Part shown: in pieces, positions 1-13,944 of the stretch | Layout of the letters: every line of letters starts with the position of its first letter | Numbering within the stretch: position 1 is the first letter of the stretch | Source: Phyllobates terribilis | Taxonomy: Eukaryota | Assembly (NCBI RefSeq): GCF_046119375.1 | Contig: NW_027362765.1 | Location: 163,308,001 to 163,372,000, forward strand | Direction: 5' to 3' | DNA length: 64,000 bases | Notes under the pieces: model-generated | What the model was told of the DNA's origin: nothing | The model's database searches: none | Seen by the model: only the letters and a program-made list of their open reading frames with translations | Made by a program: the position numbers and the translations under genes

Positions 1-1930
1 AACCATCATAGTGTAAATTCCTTACAATTCTAACCAGTAAAAGCTTGGAAATGAAGCCCAATAAGAGGTATGAAGTCTTGGAACATACTGTGTCAACCAA
101 TAGGTTTATTGTCTTCTAGGAATTCATCTTGGAAAATGACAGAAGTGGATGACCAGTTTTGGTGTGAAACTGATGAAGATACATCAGAACAATTATCGTA
201 TGAGTGGAAATACTAAACTTATTTTCAGGACTGTCTCTTCCACATCTTAATCTACTTACCTTTCCGTTTGGTTTAGTATGTGACACACATAATACTGGAG
301 ATACACAGTCATTTATCTTAACAATGTTTTCTCCACAACTCAGCCTCTGGTCATAGGTTAGGGATGGGTTATGGTGAGAAAATCTGATGTAGCTTAGATA
401 CAGTTCCCCTCTCGTACAGTATAACCTCTAGTCAACCCAAGTTGTCTTTAGTGCCCATCCACCACAGGTTACATGATGTCTGGTAAATAGAAAGATGTCC
501 TAATATATATGATCAGTGGCTGGCCACCCTAACTACCACTCAAGGATATAAGTCATAAGTTATTGTGTGTCCTTAGGTCAGGTCTTCTTATTCATGAAAC
601 CTTTTCAGGAACACCTCCATATTTAATTGCTACATATATGTTAATATGTACATAAATGTATTAATTATTATATATGTACAAAATGTATATATTTTTGACT
701 TGTAAATATTTCCTAGCTATTTTTTACTGATCTTCTAGAATGAGTATTTATAAACATTTTTGATGTACCCACAAAGATGAACATCAGTTGAAACCAATGA
801 TTTCGACAGGACTGGTTGACCATTTAATGTGTATGGCAGTATGGCTTTCTTGCAAAAACAGCACTATATCTGTCCATCTGTTTCTTGTATTGCAGCTAGG
901 CTCCATTGGAGCTAAATAGACTAAGATGCAATATTACATGCAATCTATGGATAGGTTTGGTGCTTTTTTAGAAGAAGGAACCTGCCATGTTTTTGTAACC
1001 ATTGAAAATCCTTTTAAAATAAGGGGTCTGGTGTGATACCCTAATAAAGTTATAAAAGAGGGTACAAAACTTTTGTGTTCATATTGATAAAAATTGTTTT
1101 GTGTATAGCAACCTTATCCTGTTCATCTGCAAGCCTAGAAATATTCCTGGTCCCACCATGTTATCCAAACTGTTCTCAGCATATATGGAATTCCTACGGT
1201 TCTCAATTGATTTGATTATGCTTTAGAATTATTCTATTCTTCCTTGCATGCCTAATATAATAGAAACAAAACAAATAAAATGACTAGCCGAAATATACAA
1301 GCACCTGAAGAAGAATTTTTACGATGATTCTGTTCTAGACTGATAGACACACAGATAGAAGGTTAATGGTAAGTGACAGTACAAATGAATAATATTGGAC
1401 TGGTTCTCGTTTGTTCAGTAATACTAAAGCTGGCCATACACATGCTATATCCTTTTTGGACAAAAAGCTTATGCTTTCATTAAAATTATATTCAAAGCAA
1501 AGCTTTTAAATATGTTATGCCTAGTGAAAGCCTAATTATACCACTGTCAATGGAGAGGTGGCTCAGGCAAGCAAGTATGACTCTCTACATTAATTTGTAT
1601 AGGAGTTCTAAAACCAACCAAACGTGTATGCAGAACTCCCAAAGAAGTCAATGGAGAGAACCATGCATGTATGGCTACTTCTTCAATGGCAGCAGTCATG
1701 GCACCAGACGGGGTAAGGGTGCCCCCCATTTTTCAAGATAGGTGTCAGATCCAGTGTAGTTGGGGATTTATGAGCTGATATCTCCATTACCAATGGTGAC
1801 TATGACATCTGGCATTGCTTAGTCCTTAATCTGTTATTGGGGCCTAAAGGTTTTTACTCCAATCCTCTAATATGGAAAACTGAAGAGATCAGCTAATATT
1901 GCACATGGGCATTCTGCAACACATTGTTAA

Positions 1931-2358
1931 AGGGGTTTTCTCATCTTATTAAATGGGTAACAGTCACCTTTGCTGTTTACCACTTATTTTTCTCAAGAAT
2001 GGAGAGATTTTTAACTCTAGCTTACTGCTTATTGCCAAGGGCTCTGGTCATCTCTGCTGTATTTCAGAGGTGGCCAGTTTCCTAGGCAAGGAGTGTGCCC
2101 TTGCAAACTCTGTTATAGAGCTTGAAAGCGCATCTCTGAAGCTGGCTGGATTGCTGTATCCAGCTTGCTTCAGTGCCCCAGCGCATCTCAAAGCTGCCTG
2201 TGTCAGCAACACCAGAAAGTGCACAGTGTGGGCCAGCGGCTTAGCCACGCCATTGGCCTAAATTGTCAATCATCAGAAGTGCAAAAGCCGCTGCCAAGAA
2301 GGGGGTTAGGAGGCAGAGGAGTGTTGCTCTCTTGATGAAGAATAATGTGAAAACCCCT
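1931..2358. mobile_element. T2/Kolobok-type MITE
   Basis: TTAA on both sides; TIRs aggggttttctcat / atgtgaaaacccct. Confidence 0.8.
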
Positions 2359-3017
2359 TTAAGTGCTCCTGTGCAATATCTAGGGCCTCTGTGATTTTTG
2401 CCTAAAATAAAATATGTATATGGCTACCTTTAGTAGGGTTTCCACCTTTCAACAATTTTAATGTTCTGAAATGTATCCTATGTCTTGTAATTGGTTAAAG
2501 TTGTTTTAAGGTGAACAGTTATAATGTATTGATTGCAAATGGTGAGTGAGAGGTAGGGAAGTGTACTGGTATGGAGGAATGTGTCATCTCATCATTGCCC
2601 AGGTGTCCCTTTAAATCTGGTGTCTCTTTAATAGTCATTGGACTATTCCCATGTAGTCATTTTGTAGGGCATGACACCAGGCTTACATAATATGCAGTAT
2701 TCATATTATATTATTTTCTAGACCATTGAGAAACTGAGATAATCATGAATTTTTCAAGAGTGTTTCTTGAGATGTTTTTCTTCTAATATTCCTGTTTCTG
2801 TTCTGTATATTTCACTTGCATAATAAACCTTTAATTAATTCTTACATTGTTTACTGCCATTCATTTTCTAGTTTATTATCAGCCAATCATCGAATCTAAT
2901 TGCCAATTAGATTTTTTATTTTTTTATGGACATATTATCAAACATTCACGGACAGACATTATTTTTATGGACACATTGGAAAACAATAATAAATCATTAT
3001 GATTATAAGCGATACAT

Positions 3018-3958
3018 ATTAATAATAATTTTATTTATATAGCGCCAACTTATTCCGCAGCACTTTACAATTAGGCGGTGGCATGTACAGACAATAAAGA
3101 CATCACTAAGTAACACATAGTTCAACAGTTACAGGAGGAATGAGGGTCCTGCTCGCAAGCTTACAATCTATAAGGAAATTGGGGGGACACAAAATGTAAA
3201 AAGTGCTTGTCATGTGTGGTCCAGCCATCATTATAATATATAGGGCATTTCAAATAAGCTGAATGGTCCGGTCATCAGCCAGAATCTGTCTAAGGGCAGT
3301 CACCAAGTGCTATTGGTGGCATGGAGGATGTGGAGACAGATAAATAGGAGGGTCCAGAGTCTGAGGAAAATTTAGAAAGCGGGAACAGGGAAGAGATAGA
3401 TTAGTGAAGTGAGGTGATAGGTTGGTTTAAAGAGTTGTGTTTTTAAAGCACGCTTAGAAACATGGGAGCTAGATTTTAGCTGGATCGTCCAGAATAGTGC
3501 ATTCCACAAAAATGGAACAGCACGAGAGAAGTCTTAGAACAGAGTTGAAAGGTTTGAATCATGGAGGATGTCAGTCTTAGGTCAGTTGCAGAACGGAGAG
3601 CATGGGTAGGGTGATGATCAGAGATGAGGGAGGAGATGTATGGTGGTACAGAACTGGGAAGGGCTTTGGGGGTGAGAAAAATAAGTTTATAATGTATTCT
3701 GTAGTGAATGGGTAACCAGTGCAATGACTGGCACAAGGTGGAGGCATCGTTGAAGCAGCTGGACAGAAATACAACCCTGGCTGCCGCATTCAGGATGGAC
3801 TGAAGAGGAGAAAGGTTGGTTAGAAAGAGACCAATCAGTAGAGAGTTGCAGTAGTCTAGATGAGAATAAATAAGAGCGACAGTAAGAATTTTTGCAGTTT
3901 CAAAGATGAGAAAAGATTTGATTTTGCAGATGTTTTTAAGATGCAAGTATCATGAGCG
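3018..3958 (-). mobile_element. L2-clade LINE 3' fragment
   Basis: Minus ORF reads AKILTVALIYSHLDYCNSLL...LQSILNAAAR...LHWLP (post-RT region of L2 ORF2); 3' UTR ends ggcgctatataaataaa plus (ATT)n-like tail. Confidence 0.85.
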
Positions 3959-4440
3959 AATGAGCAATACATCTCTACAGCCCACAATTCTGATATGAAG
4001 ACATCAGCTGCATTCACTGTAAACTGTAAAATTATGATAATTGCAGTCAATATAATCTGTATAAGTTTTTTCATACTCAAAAAAAATCTCGGACACCTTA
4101 AATATTTTTACAGACAGGGCAATAAAGTGCCCTATTTTTACGGACTATCCTGTAATTTCTGGACAGTTGAAACCTTGATCCCATAACATATCATTTTCTC
4201 CCTTACTTTCGCCCTTTCTACATTGTGTGTTACTGTTAATTTATCACTTTATGTTTTTACTACTGAAGAACTTGTGATGGGCTTGTGCATATGTAGAATA
4301 GCCAACCTGAACAAGCAGAGCTGCAGTAAAACATGGAGGACGGGCATAACAGAAGCGTGAGCATGGTGTGAGAGACCTTCAAATTCCCTTAGAGAATGTA
4401 GAAAGAAATAGATGAAATTCATACTTTCCATTACTCATAG

Positions 4441-5395
4441 TGATAAGGGGACGGTTGCAAACAACTTTATTAAATAATGGAAAGCAACCGAACAAGGGGT
4501 CCGCGATGCAGCCTGGAGGACTGCGGCCGAACACCTTCCGGGTGAGAAGGTAAAACAACCAACTTAAATAACAATCCCTTCCGTGTTACTGCACACTGGA
4601 ACGGGAATAGGGATTCGCACTATCTCCGTTAACTGCACGAGAGATGTGCGATAAATAATGTATCTGTAGCCCTGTTTACAGCACAGGGACTACACAGCAG
4701 GCGCTAGGATGCGTGTGTGATACACGCCGGCGTATACGTGCTCCCAGCCGGCGTGCTACCGGACTAAGAAGTATCTCTCCACGTGGCTTACAGGCGGTGC
4801 CGGGAATACGGCGTCTGCAGACTGCTCGGGCTGTATGGAGGCCCCTTTGTCGGAGCCAGACTGTCAGACGAAGCTACCTGCCTCCCTCCATCTAAGGCTG
4901 CCTATCCCCCGCTAAACCTGCCTGACAGAAGCTAAAGCACACGTGGAGCCCAAACGACCAAGCGTCCACACAACAACACCATCACAGCTCAATGATCAGA
5001 GAGCCCCGCAATGTTTGTGGGCGGGCTATTTTAAGATTAAGCCCTGCCCACCGTCGCACTATTGGTGACGTCACCCACGACCAATCAGGCGGTGCCAGGT
5101 CACCGGATCAGCTGACTCCCAAACCACCAATCACGGTCCGCCATGTCACGGGCATGCTCAGTGCAGTGAATCCTGGACTTAGGCTGTAGCAGCCCTGTTT
5201 CCCTCCGCAACCTACGCTTCATGTTGCTAGGAACAAAGACCCAAGAGACAACTTGTACATCTCGTGCACCAGCTAGGCAGGGGGACTGATGACGATGCTG
5301 AGCAGCATCAGCCCTGGCTGGACCAAATGGAGACCATAGAATCCACTGATGGTTCTGAACCCATTTCAAATCCAGCAAACACCCCACGCCTAACA
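4441..5395 (-). mobile_element. Solo LTR (955 bp), 5-bp TSD
   Basis: TG...CA termini flanked by CATAG direct repeat (4436-4440, 5396-5400); AATAAA near the minus-strand 3' end; family not determined. Confidence 0.72.
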
Positions 5396-6974
5396 CATAG
5401 TTTGTTGGGTGGTTCTTTATATCTTTATGGCCTCATTTAAAATTCGCTTATGCATATGACTACTATATAGTAATCAATAAATGTGTTGTGTTGCTTATAA
5501 AACCCATTTTAAAATAACATTTTATGGCATTCGGACTTAATAGAAGTGGCATACCTCATTTTAAATACACCAATTGACTATATTAGAAACGGCTGCAAAG
5601 AGCATCTCTCTCTCTGGGGAACTCATCCCATTTCTGACTTTCATAGGCAGCCTATTCATTCTATCTGGCATTATGCAATGCTTCATTTATCCTGTGGGGA
5701 TGCTGCATTAGAAATTAACACTTGCGACCAAGTTACCATCAGCTTTTAATGACCTTGTTTATTCCTGTTTCCATTTTCTTATCAAACACTCCTTAGACTT
5801 CCCTATTCTTCATTCACATACAAACCTATTTATATAGAGTATATCAAAAACATCTTCATCAGTTGTTTCATCTCATCATAATAGCAAGGTGAAGTGGGGA
5901 ATAATGGAAGGATGGAAGAGCTGGGATAATATGGAGGCAAAAAAGTTAGAGAATGGACAATATGGTTGGATGGACTAATATAGGACGGACAATAGGAATG
6001 AATGGAAGATGAGTGGGTAAGGAAGACATGGGCACGATATTATGGGAACAAAGTGAGGCTTCTGGTTATTGACTTCCTTCTCCATAGTTTGCCCTTCTTT
6101 AATCATCTAGTCCTCTTTTCATTCCATATATTCACTCCTCTGGGCACCTATCAAATACTATGCCAGCTGTTGTTCTCCAATAACTGGATTGTCTCATACA
6201 AACATTAAACCCAGGTTAGATTTGATCTCAACCCACAGCTGTGCTGTATGACAGCAACCTAGGAGCATACACAACCAGAAGAGGCAAGAACAGTACATGG
6301 TCCCCTCTTTACGTCTGTGACAGAAGCTGCTTGTTGCTTTGGTGGTGAAAGTGGGCCCCCTCACTTCTTGGGCTTCCGTGCAGTTGCACAGGTTAAACCA
6401 ATGAAATGTCCACCGCTTAAGTAACCATCAACAACACTGTTCTAGTTGTATATTAATATGAAACTCTAGGACCTCATAGGATGAAATATGACCAGAAACA
6501 TTCACCATTATTACATATGCATGTCAAGCTCATACTTGCAGAAACGGTTTAAACAAGGACTTATGGATGACAAAGGAAGTCACCACTAGGCCAGTTGGGC
6601 AAACAGCTCTTCCTCTCCACTTTCCCATATACATATTTACTTGGCTCTACATGTGTTTTCAGAGGGGATAGGGGAATAAGCCATTGCCAAACTCGCAACT
6701 CATCTGCTGGCAGAACACAGTATTGGGCAATCTAACAGGTCGGTCCTTCTCCTGATATCTGCTCTCTAGGAGAATCAGGACACCACCATACACATTCGAT
6801 AACTGATCATGCAATTCTTGGTGACCTAGGCTGTTTACCATTTTAAAATGTATACACTGCTGACAAATATTTTAAAGGGTTTTCTTGTATACTGTATGCA
6901 TAAACTAATAAACTGAGCTATTACCCTCCCTGGCTCCAGCACTGCCTCTCTGGCGCTACTTCCGTCTTGGTTTA

Positions 6975-7490
6975 GAGGCTGCACCATGAACCCCAAAGAC
7001 CACTGATGATGCCCTGTGGTATCTGAAACCAGGTATAAGATGCAGATTCTTCAAGTTGTCAGGTGGCATCTTCATAGATTGCACTTGTTTCTGAATCAGA
7101 TTGAGATCTGGGAATTTGAAGGCCAAATCAACCTCATGAACCACGTTCCTCAAACCATTTCTAAACAATTTGGCTGCATTATTCTGCTAAAAGAAGCTAC
7201 TGCTATTAGGTAATACCAATGCCATGAAGAGGTGTATTCAGATTATACAATGTTACCGAAGATGGTGTGTGTCAAAGTAACTTCCACAGAAATGCCATGT
7301 CCCAAGGTTCTCCAACATGACATTGCCCATGGCATCTGAGCACTGACTCCGTTAGTCTGCCTTATTCCCATAGTGCATGATGGTGCCATTTCTTACCCAG
7401 TTAAGCAATAATCCTCCACTCAGTTGTCCATCTGATGTAAAAGAAAATGTTATTCATCAGACCAGATAATCTTTTTCAATTGCTACATTG
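6975..7490 (-). mobile_element. Degraded Tc1/mariner transposase remnant
   Basis: Minus-strand remnants of the SPDLNPI-like motif (FPDLNLI) and upstream catalytic-domain blocks, with frameshifts; no TIRs found. Confidence 0.6.
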
Positions 7491-8118
7491 GGGGCACCAC
7501 ATCGCCATCTTTAACTAGGGTGCCAACCTCTGCTGAAAGGCAGGAGTCAGTGTATAGGCTCATGAACTATAGGGCTTGGATAGTCTGGTTGATTGTACCT
7601 AGTCCCTATTGTAGTGACTAGTGGAAGACTTATCTGCTGTGTGTGTTTTTTTTATATTTGCACTATATCACTTTATGCACTTTTTTCACTTTATTTTATC
7701 TAAGGACACTGAGAATTGTCTATTTACTGTATGAGGCTTTATCTGAGTTATCATGTTTAGGAGTAGAAGGGTGAGATTGGTATATAAAATGAGTTAGAGG
7801 TTGACCAAGTGGACATAGTCCTGAGTCCATATCCCACTATTCACCCATTACTGCAACCAAGTGACCCATCAGTGTCTTTCGTGTGCTCGGATATTCGTTA
7901 TTTGTGTGTCATGTCCGTTTTTAACATGTCTAATAAAATGTTGTTTTTTTTGAGGTTACATGTTAGCTTATTTTTTTCCTCAAAATCATTCAAATTTATT
8001 ATGTATTACTTTCAATTTCTACATTGCCCAGCTTTGATGCACACGTGCCCATTGTGGGAACTTTCATTTGTAGGTGCATTCAATAGCATGATGACTCCAG
8101 TTTCCACATATTCATAGG

Positions 8119-8336
8119 TTTATTTATTATTTATTTTACTGATTTATATAGCGCTATCATATTCCACAGTGCTGTTTGGGCTCACAATCTAAACTCCCTA
8201 TCAGTATGTCTTTGGAGTCTGGGAGGCGCTTTGGAGGACCTGTAGGAAACCCACGCAAACACGGGGAGAACATACAAACTCTTTGCAGATGTTGTCTTTG
8301 GTGGGATTTGACTCCCAGGACCCCAGCGCTATAAGG
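8119..8336 (-). mobile_element. V-SINE (tRNA-derived) with L2-type tail
   Basis: V-domain ggaaacccacgcaaacacggggagaacatacaaactc; B-box-like ggagtcaaatccc on minus; tail gcgctatataaatc plus A-rich run. Confidence 0.75.
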
Positions 8337-10736
8337 ATGGTATTGTAAAACACAGTTTCTTTTCTGCAGAAAAAAAATGCTGCAAAAGACACCACATATG
8401 AACATAGCCTTGCTGCTTTTATGTGGTCTTGGGCACCCATTCTACTGAGAACTTGTGTAGCTGCACAGGTAGCACATATACTATGGCCACCTATGGGTGT
8501 GGGCAGACATTGATGAATCTTTGGCATATCATGGCCCTGTTCCAACAGTTGATATAGCTGGCATGTCCTTTGTATTTCTAGTGATTCTTCAGACCCCACA
8601 TGATTGAGCTCCTTTATCAATTTCCACCTTTGTGACTACTTTCGCTACACAATTTGACAATATGGTTTTACTCAGCTTCCATCAAAACTTTCCGATTTCC
8701 TTTGGTCCAGAAAATATATGTATTTCATATGTATTGCTGTTGGTAATAATGTTCATGCTTACAGTTTTATGGTCCTTTACTAAAGAATTATGCTAATAAA
8801 ACAAATCTATAATATTCAGTTTTACAGAGTGCCACATTGGTAGGGTGTGGTGAATGGTTCTGTAAGATCTTTCTAATTGTGGAGTATAAAACCTAATAAA
8901 TACAATCAGTCATTCAATTCTGCATTCCATTTTCTCAGACAGATTCCAAACAAGCTGACGAGGACGCTGATGCATATAAAAATGTATAAAGTGGCATATA
9001 ATAGCCTAATTAGATTGACTTCTTACATAAAAGATCCAAAAGAAAATAGAGTAGCAAAGTTTACTTCACAAATTCACAAAAGTCTTCACTTTTTGGCTAG
9101 GATTCATCAATAAGCACTAGAACTCTAGCACTAAACTGTTGGAAATATTGCATTATTGCAACTAATAGTTGCACAAAAATTTTGCAACTTTTGCCAGCTC
9201 TGGCCTGATCAGCCAACTTTTTGAAAAATGGGTGGAGCTTATCGATGAAGGTGTCTTGGCCCAACACAGCCGACAAATGGAGTACATTGTTTGCACTGAC
9301 TCTCGGCAGCTGAAAGATGCACCGAGTTGATTAAAAGGTGCATTCTTAATCAATTTGTTGCATCTTGCTTCAGCAAATTCTTCATTAAGACTTAAGACCC
9401 CTATACACATTAGATGAATATTGAGCAAACCCTCTGATATTGATGGGTTCAGCCAACAGTCTAACAGCCAACTGTCGATGTCGATTAGACATGTCGATAG
9501 GACATCGAACATCGGATTTAGGGCTGCTGATCGCTTTGATCGCCCAGAAATAAGTTGTCATCAGACATGTCTGGTAATGTCTTCCTCATAAAGACCGAAA
9601 GAGAGCTTGGCTGAACTAGCACTCCTTTAGACTGTTTACTTGTTACAATAAAACATGATCCACGATATATAGTGGCGTAATTAGAGTCCTATGGGCCCCG
9701 ATGCAAGATTTGGACCTGAGCACCCCCTGCTTGTTGGTCAGATGTATGGGTCCTTGTAGCATTCTAAATCTTATAAGGACATACAGTGACATGTAAAAGT
9801 TTGGGCACCCCTGCTCAAAATTACTGTTATTGTGAACAGTTAAGCAAGTTGAAGATGAAATGATCTCTAAAAGGCCTACAGTTAAAGAATACACATTTCC
9901 TTTATATTGTAGGCAAAAATATATATATTGTCATTTTTTACATTTTATAAATTACAAAAAAGGAAAATGGGCAGATACAAAAGTTTGGGCACCCTTGGAA
10001 TTTTTTGTGCTCAGATAACTTTGACCAAGGTTTCAGACCTTAATTAGCCTGCTAGGGTTATGACTTGTCCACTATCATCATTAGGAAAGGCCGGATGATG
10101 CAAATTTCCCAGCTTTATAAAAACCCTGCCTCCTCTAACCTTGTGCCAAAAAACAGCAGCCATGGGTTCTTATAAGCAGCTGCCTGGCACTCTGAAAATG
10201 AAAATGGTGGAGGCCCACAAAGCAGGAGAAGGCTATAAGAAGATAGCAATGCATTTTCAAGTTGCCCTTTCCTCAGTTTGAAATATAATTAAGAAATGGC
10301 AGTTAACAGGAACAGTGGGGGTCAAGATAAGGTCTGGATGACCTAGCAAAATTTCAGTGAGAGCTGCTCTTAGAATTGCAAGAGAGGCAAATCAGAACAC
10401 CCGCTTGATTGCAAAAGACCTTCAAAAAGATTTAGCAGACTCTGGAGTTGTGGTACATTGTTCTACTGCTCAATGACACCTGCACAAATATGACCTTCAT
10501 GGAAGAGTCATCAGAAGAAAACATCTCCTGCTTCCTCACCATAAAATTCAGAGTCAGAGGTATGCAAAAGAACATCTAAACAAGCCTGATGCATTGTGGA
10601 TCGATGAGGTTAAAATACAACTCTTTGGTCACAATGATCAAAGGTATGTGTGGAGTAAAAAGGACACAGAATTTCAGGAAAAGAACATCTCGCCAACCAT
10701 TAAGCATGGGAGTGGATCAATCATGCTTTGGGGTTG

Positions 10737-11719
10737 TGTTGCTCTGAGTGGTACAAGGTGGTAGTCATGGCGATGGGTTGCTGTTCTCCTCCCACACCCT
10801 GGCACCCCACAAATAAAAGATAAAGTCCTGTTCTTCATGTAGTTTGTGTAAAGGAGGTACCACTCACATTTTCTGTTGAGTGCCTCATCTGATCGTCAGT
10901 TCCTTTCTCAGAAGCAGTCACACAGTGAGGCTCAGACTCTTGATTAGTTTTTTAAAAAAAACATTTTACTTAAAACGTTCAGTTCAGTTTTGGTCACCGT
11001 TACAGTACAATGTGATACAGCAGTCACAGCTTACGCCACCTGCATTATCCCTCTCTTTTCTGGCCCTTCCTTTCTCAGGGATATTCCACCCTGCTCCGCA
11101 GCTTCCAAAAACACGGTCCGCTTCCTATCTGGGCATCCCCATCCGTTTTCCCTGCTTGGGACGAAAGTAAGGCTGGCTCCTCCATTCTACCCCATAGGCC
11201 TCGGATGTTTAGGGATGTTTCCCTGAAGATGGTCGCTCCCATTTCCATAATGCTGCTTATCTTTTTATTTTAATCTTTCTGCATCACTATTGACCTTCAG
11301 CCACATGGCCCTAAACTTATTCACTCTTCTCAATTGCCCATCCTGCACATACTTCAACATTCCTACCAACTCTCCATCTCTGACTGATTGACTCACTAAT
11401 TGAAAAAAACGTTACTCTACTCTGGCCCAAACTCCTCCCACTTTCAACTGGACCAATCACTAACTCTCCTCCAGTCGCTAGGCAAACTTTCCCGCTACTA
11501 CCCTACTGCAGTCACTAAACAGCCTATGTTCTAAACTATGCCTTAAATCTTGTAGACTAATAGGTTCATCACTGCCTATCAGCCCCAATATATCTAACTA
11601 AACCCTGAATTGTATCTTATGCTTTCCCTACACACTATATACAGACTCATATATTAATACAGTCACGAAAATACAAACACAGTTTAAAGAGGGAGAGGCA
11701 TATGACCGTTCCTGTCACA
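10737..11719. mobile_element. LTR-like insertion inside the Tc1 transposase
   Basis: About 1 kb foreign segment with TGTTGC...GTCACA termini splitting the WGCVA region; TSD degraded. Confidence 0.5.
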
Positions 11720-12188
11720 CCCTTGCATTGCAACCAATTGCACAAGGAACATTTCATGGGTAGAGGGAAGAATGGATTCAATGAAATTTCAACAAATTCT
11801 TGATGCAAACATAACAACATCTGTAAAAAATCTGAAGTTGAAAAGAAAATGGCTTCTACAAATAGATAATGAGCCTAAACACACGTAAAAATCCACAATA
11901 GACTACCTCAAAAGGCAGAAGCTGAAGGTTTTGCAATGACCTCACAGTCCCCTGATCTGAACATCATTAAAAATCTGTGCTAGACCTCAAATCTCACAGA
12001 ACTGGAAGAATTTTCCAAGGAAGAATAGATGAAAATCCCTCAAACAAGAATTGAAAGACTCTTGTCTGGCTACAAAAAGCATTTTCAAGCTGTGATACTT
12101 TCAAAAGTGGATGCTACTAGTTACTTACACTGCTGGGTGCCCAAACTTTTGCATCTGCCCATTTTCTTATTTTGTAATTTTTAAAATA

Positions 12189-12191
<3 letters not shown>

Positions 12192-12220
<29 letters not shown>
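12192..12220. repeat. (TA)n microsatellite
   Basis: Direct reading. Confidence 0.9.
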
Positions 12221-12224
<4 letters not shown>

Positions 12225-12468
12225 ACTTTAAGTCTTTTAGAGATCATTTCATTTTCAACTTGCTTAACTGTGCACAATAACAGTAATTTTGACCACGTGT
12301 GCCAAAACTTTTACATGCCACTGTACGTGTTGCGCCCCCATTATGTACTAATGTTCCCCATATGTGTCCCATCCTGGTATATATGTTCTCCATACTGGGC
12401 CCATCCTCGTAAATATGTCCCCCATCCTGGGCCCATCCTGATAAATATGTCCCTCATCCTAATATATA

Positions 12469-13944
12469 CAGTGGGTGCGGAAAGTATTCAGACCCCTTTA
12501 CATTTTTCACTCTTTGTTTCATTGCAGCCATTTGATAAATTCTAAAAAGTTCATTTTTTTCTCATTAAAGTACACTCTGCACCCCATCTTGACTGAAATA
12601 AAAACAGAAATGTACACATTTTTGCAAATTTATTAAAAAATAAAAACTGAAATATCACATGGTCATAAGTATTCAGACCCTTTGCTCAGGCACTCATATT
12701 TAAGTCACATGCTGTCCATTTCCTTGTGATCCTTCTTGAGATGTTTCTACTCCTTCGTCGGAGTCCAGCTGTGTTTAATTAAACTGATAGGACTTGATTT
12801 GGAAAGGCACACACCTATCTATATAAGACCTCACAGTGCATGTCAGACCAAATGAGAATCATGAGCTCAAAGGAACTGCTCAAGGAGCTCAGAGACAGAA
12901 TTGTGGCAAGGCATAGATCTGGCCAAGGTTACAAAAGAATTTCTGCAGTACTCAAGGTTTCTAAGAGCACAGTAGCCTCCATAATCCTTAAATGGAAGAA
13001 GTTTGGGACCACCAGAAGTCTTCCTAGACCTGGCCGTCCAGCCAAACTGAGCAATCATGGGAGAAGAGCCTTGGTGAGAGAGGTAAAGAAGAACCCCAAG
13101 ATGACTGTGGCTGAGCTCCAGAGATGCAGTAGGGAGATGGGAAAAAGTTCCACAAAGTCAACTATCACTGCAGCCCTCCACCAGTCGGGCCTTTATGGCA
13201 GAGTGGCCCGACGGAAGCCTCTCCTCAGTACAAGACATATGAAAGCCCGCATAGAGTTTGCTCAGAAACACATGAAGGACTCCCAGAGAAATAAAATTCT
13301 CTGGTCTGATGAGACGAAGATAGAACTTTTTAGTGATAATTCTAAGCGGTATATGTGGAAAAAACCAGGCACTGCTCATCACCTGCCCAATACAATCCCA
13401 ACAGTGAAACATGGTGGTGGCAGCATCTTGTTATGAGAGTGTTTTTCAGCTGCAGGGACAGGACGACTGGTTACAATTGAAGAAAACATGAATGCGGCCA
13501 GGTACAGAGATATCCTGGATGAAAACCTCTTCCAGAGTGCTCTGGACCTCAGACTTGGCCGAAGGTTCACCTTCCAACAAGACAATGACCCTAAGCACAC
13601 AGCTAAAATAACAAAGGAGTGGCTTCAGAACAACTCTGTGACCATTCTTGACTGGCCCAGCCAGAGCCCTGACCTAAACCCAATTGAGCATCTCTGGAGA
13701 GACCTGAAAATGGCAGTCCACCAACGTTCACTATCCAACCTGACGGAACTGAAGAGGATCTGCAAGGAAGAATGGCAGAGGATCCCCAAATCCAGGTGTG
13801 AAAAACTTGTTGCACCATTCCCAAGACTCATGGCTGTCTACATTTCTGTTTTTTTTTCAGTCACTTTTTAGAATTTACCAAATGACTGCAATGAAACAAA
13901 GGGAGAAAAATGTAAAGGGGTCTGAATACTTTCCGTACCCACTG
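12469..13944 (+). mobile_element. Tc1 (DD34E) transposon, transposase pseudogene
   Basis: TA TSD; TIR cagtgggtgcggaaagtattcagacccc; ORF from 12861 with WSDE, QQDN and PIE (34-residue D-E spacing); in-frame TGA at 13434-13436; 3' internal deletion. Confidence 0.93.

Larger units (their letters stand above)
9784..12323 (+). mobile_element. Tc1 DNA transposon, decayed, interrupted
   Basis: TA TSD; TIR cagtgacatgtaaaagtttgggcac / gtgccaaaacttttacatgccactg; transposase from about 10162 (MGSYKQL...KAGEGYKKI) with stops. Confidence 0.9.

Noticed and set aside
5885-6060. Purine-rich gga/aat stretch
   Set aside because: Low-complexity with no clear period, termini or coding signal
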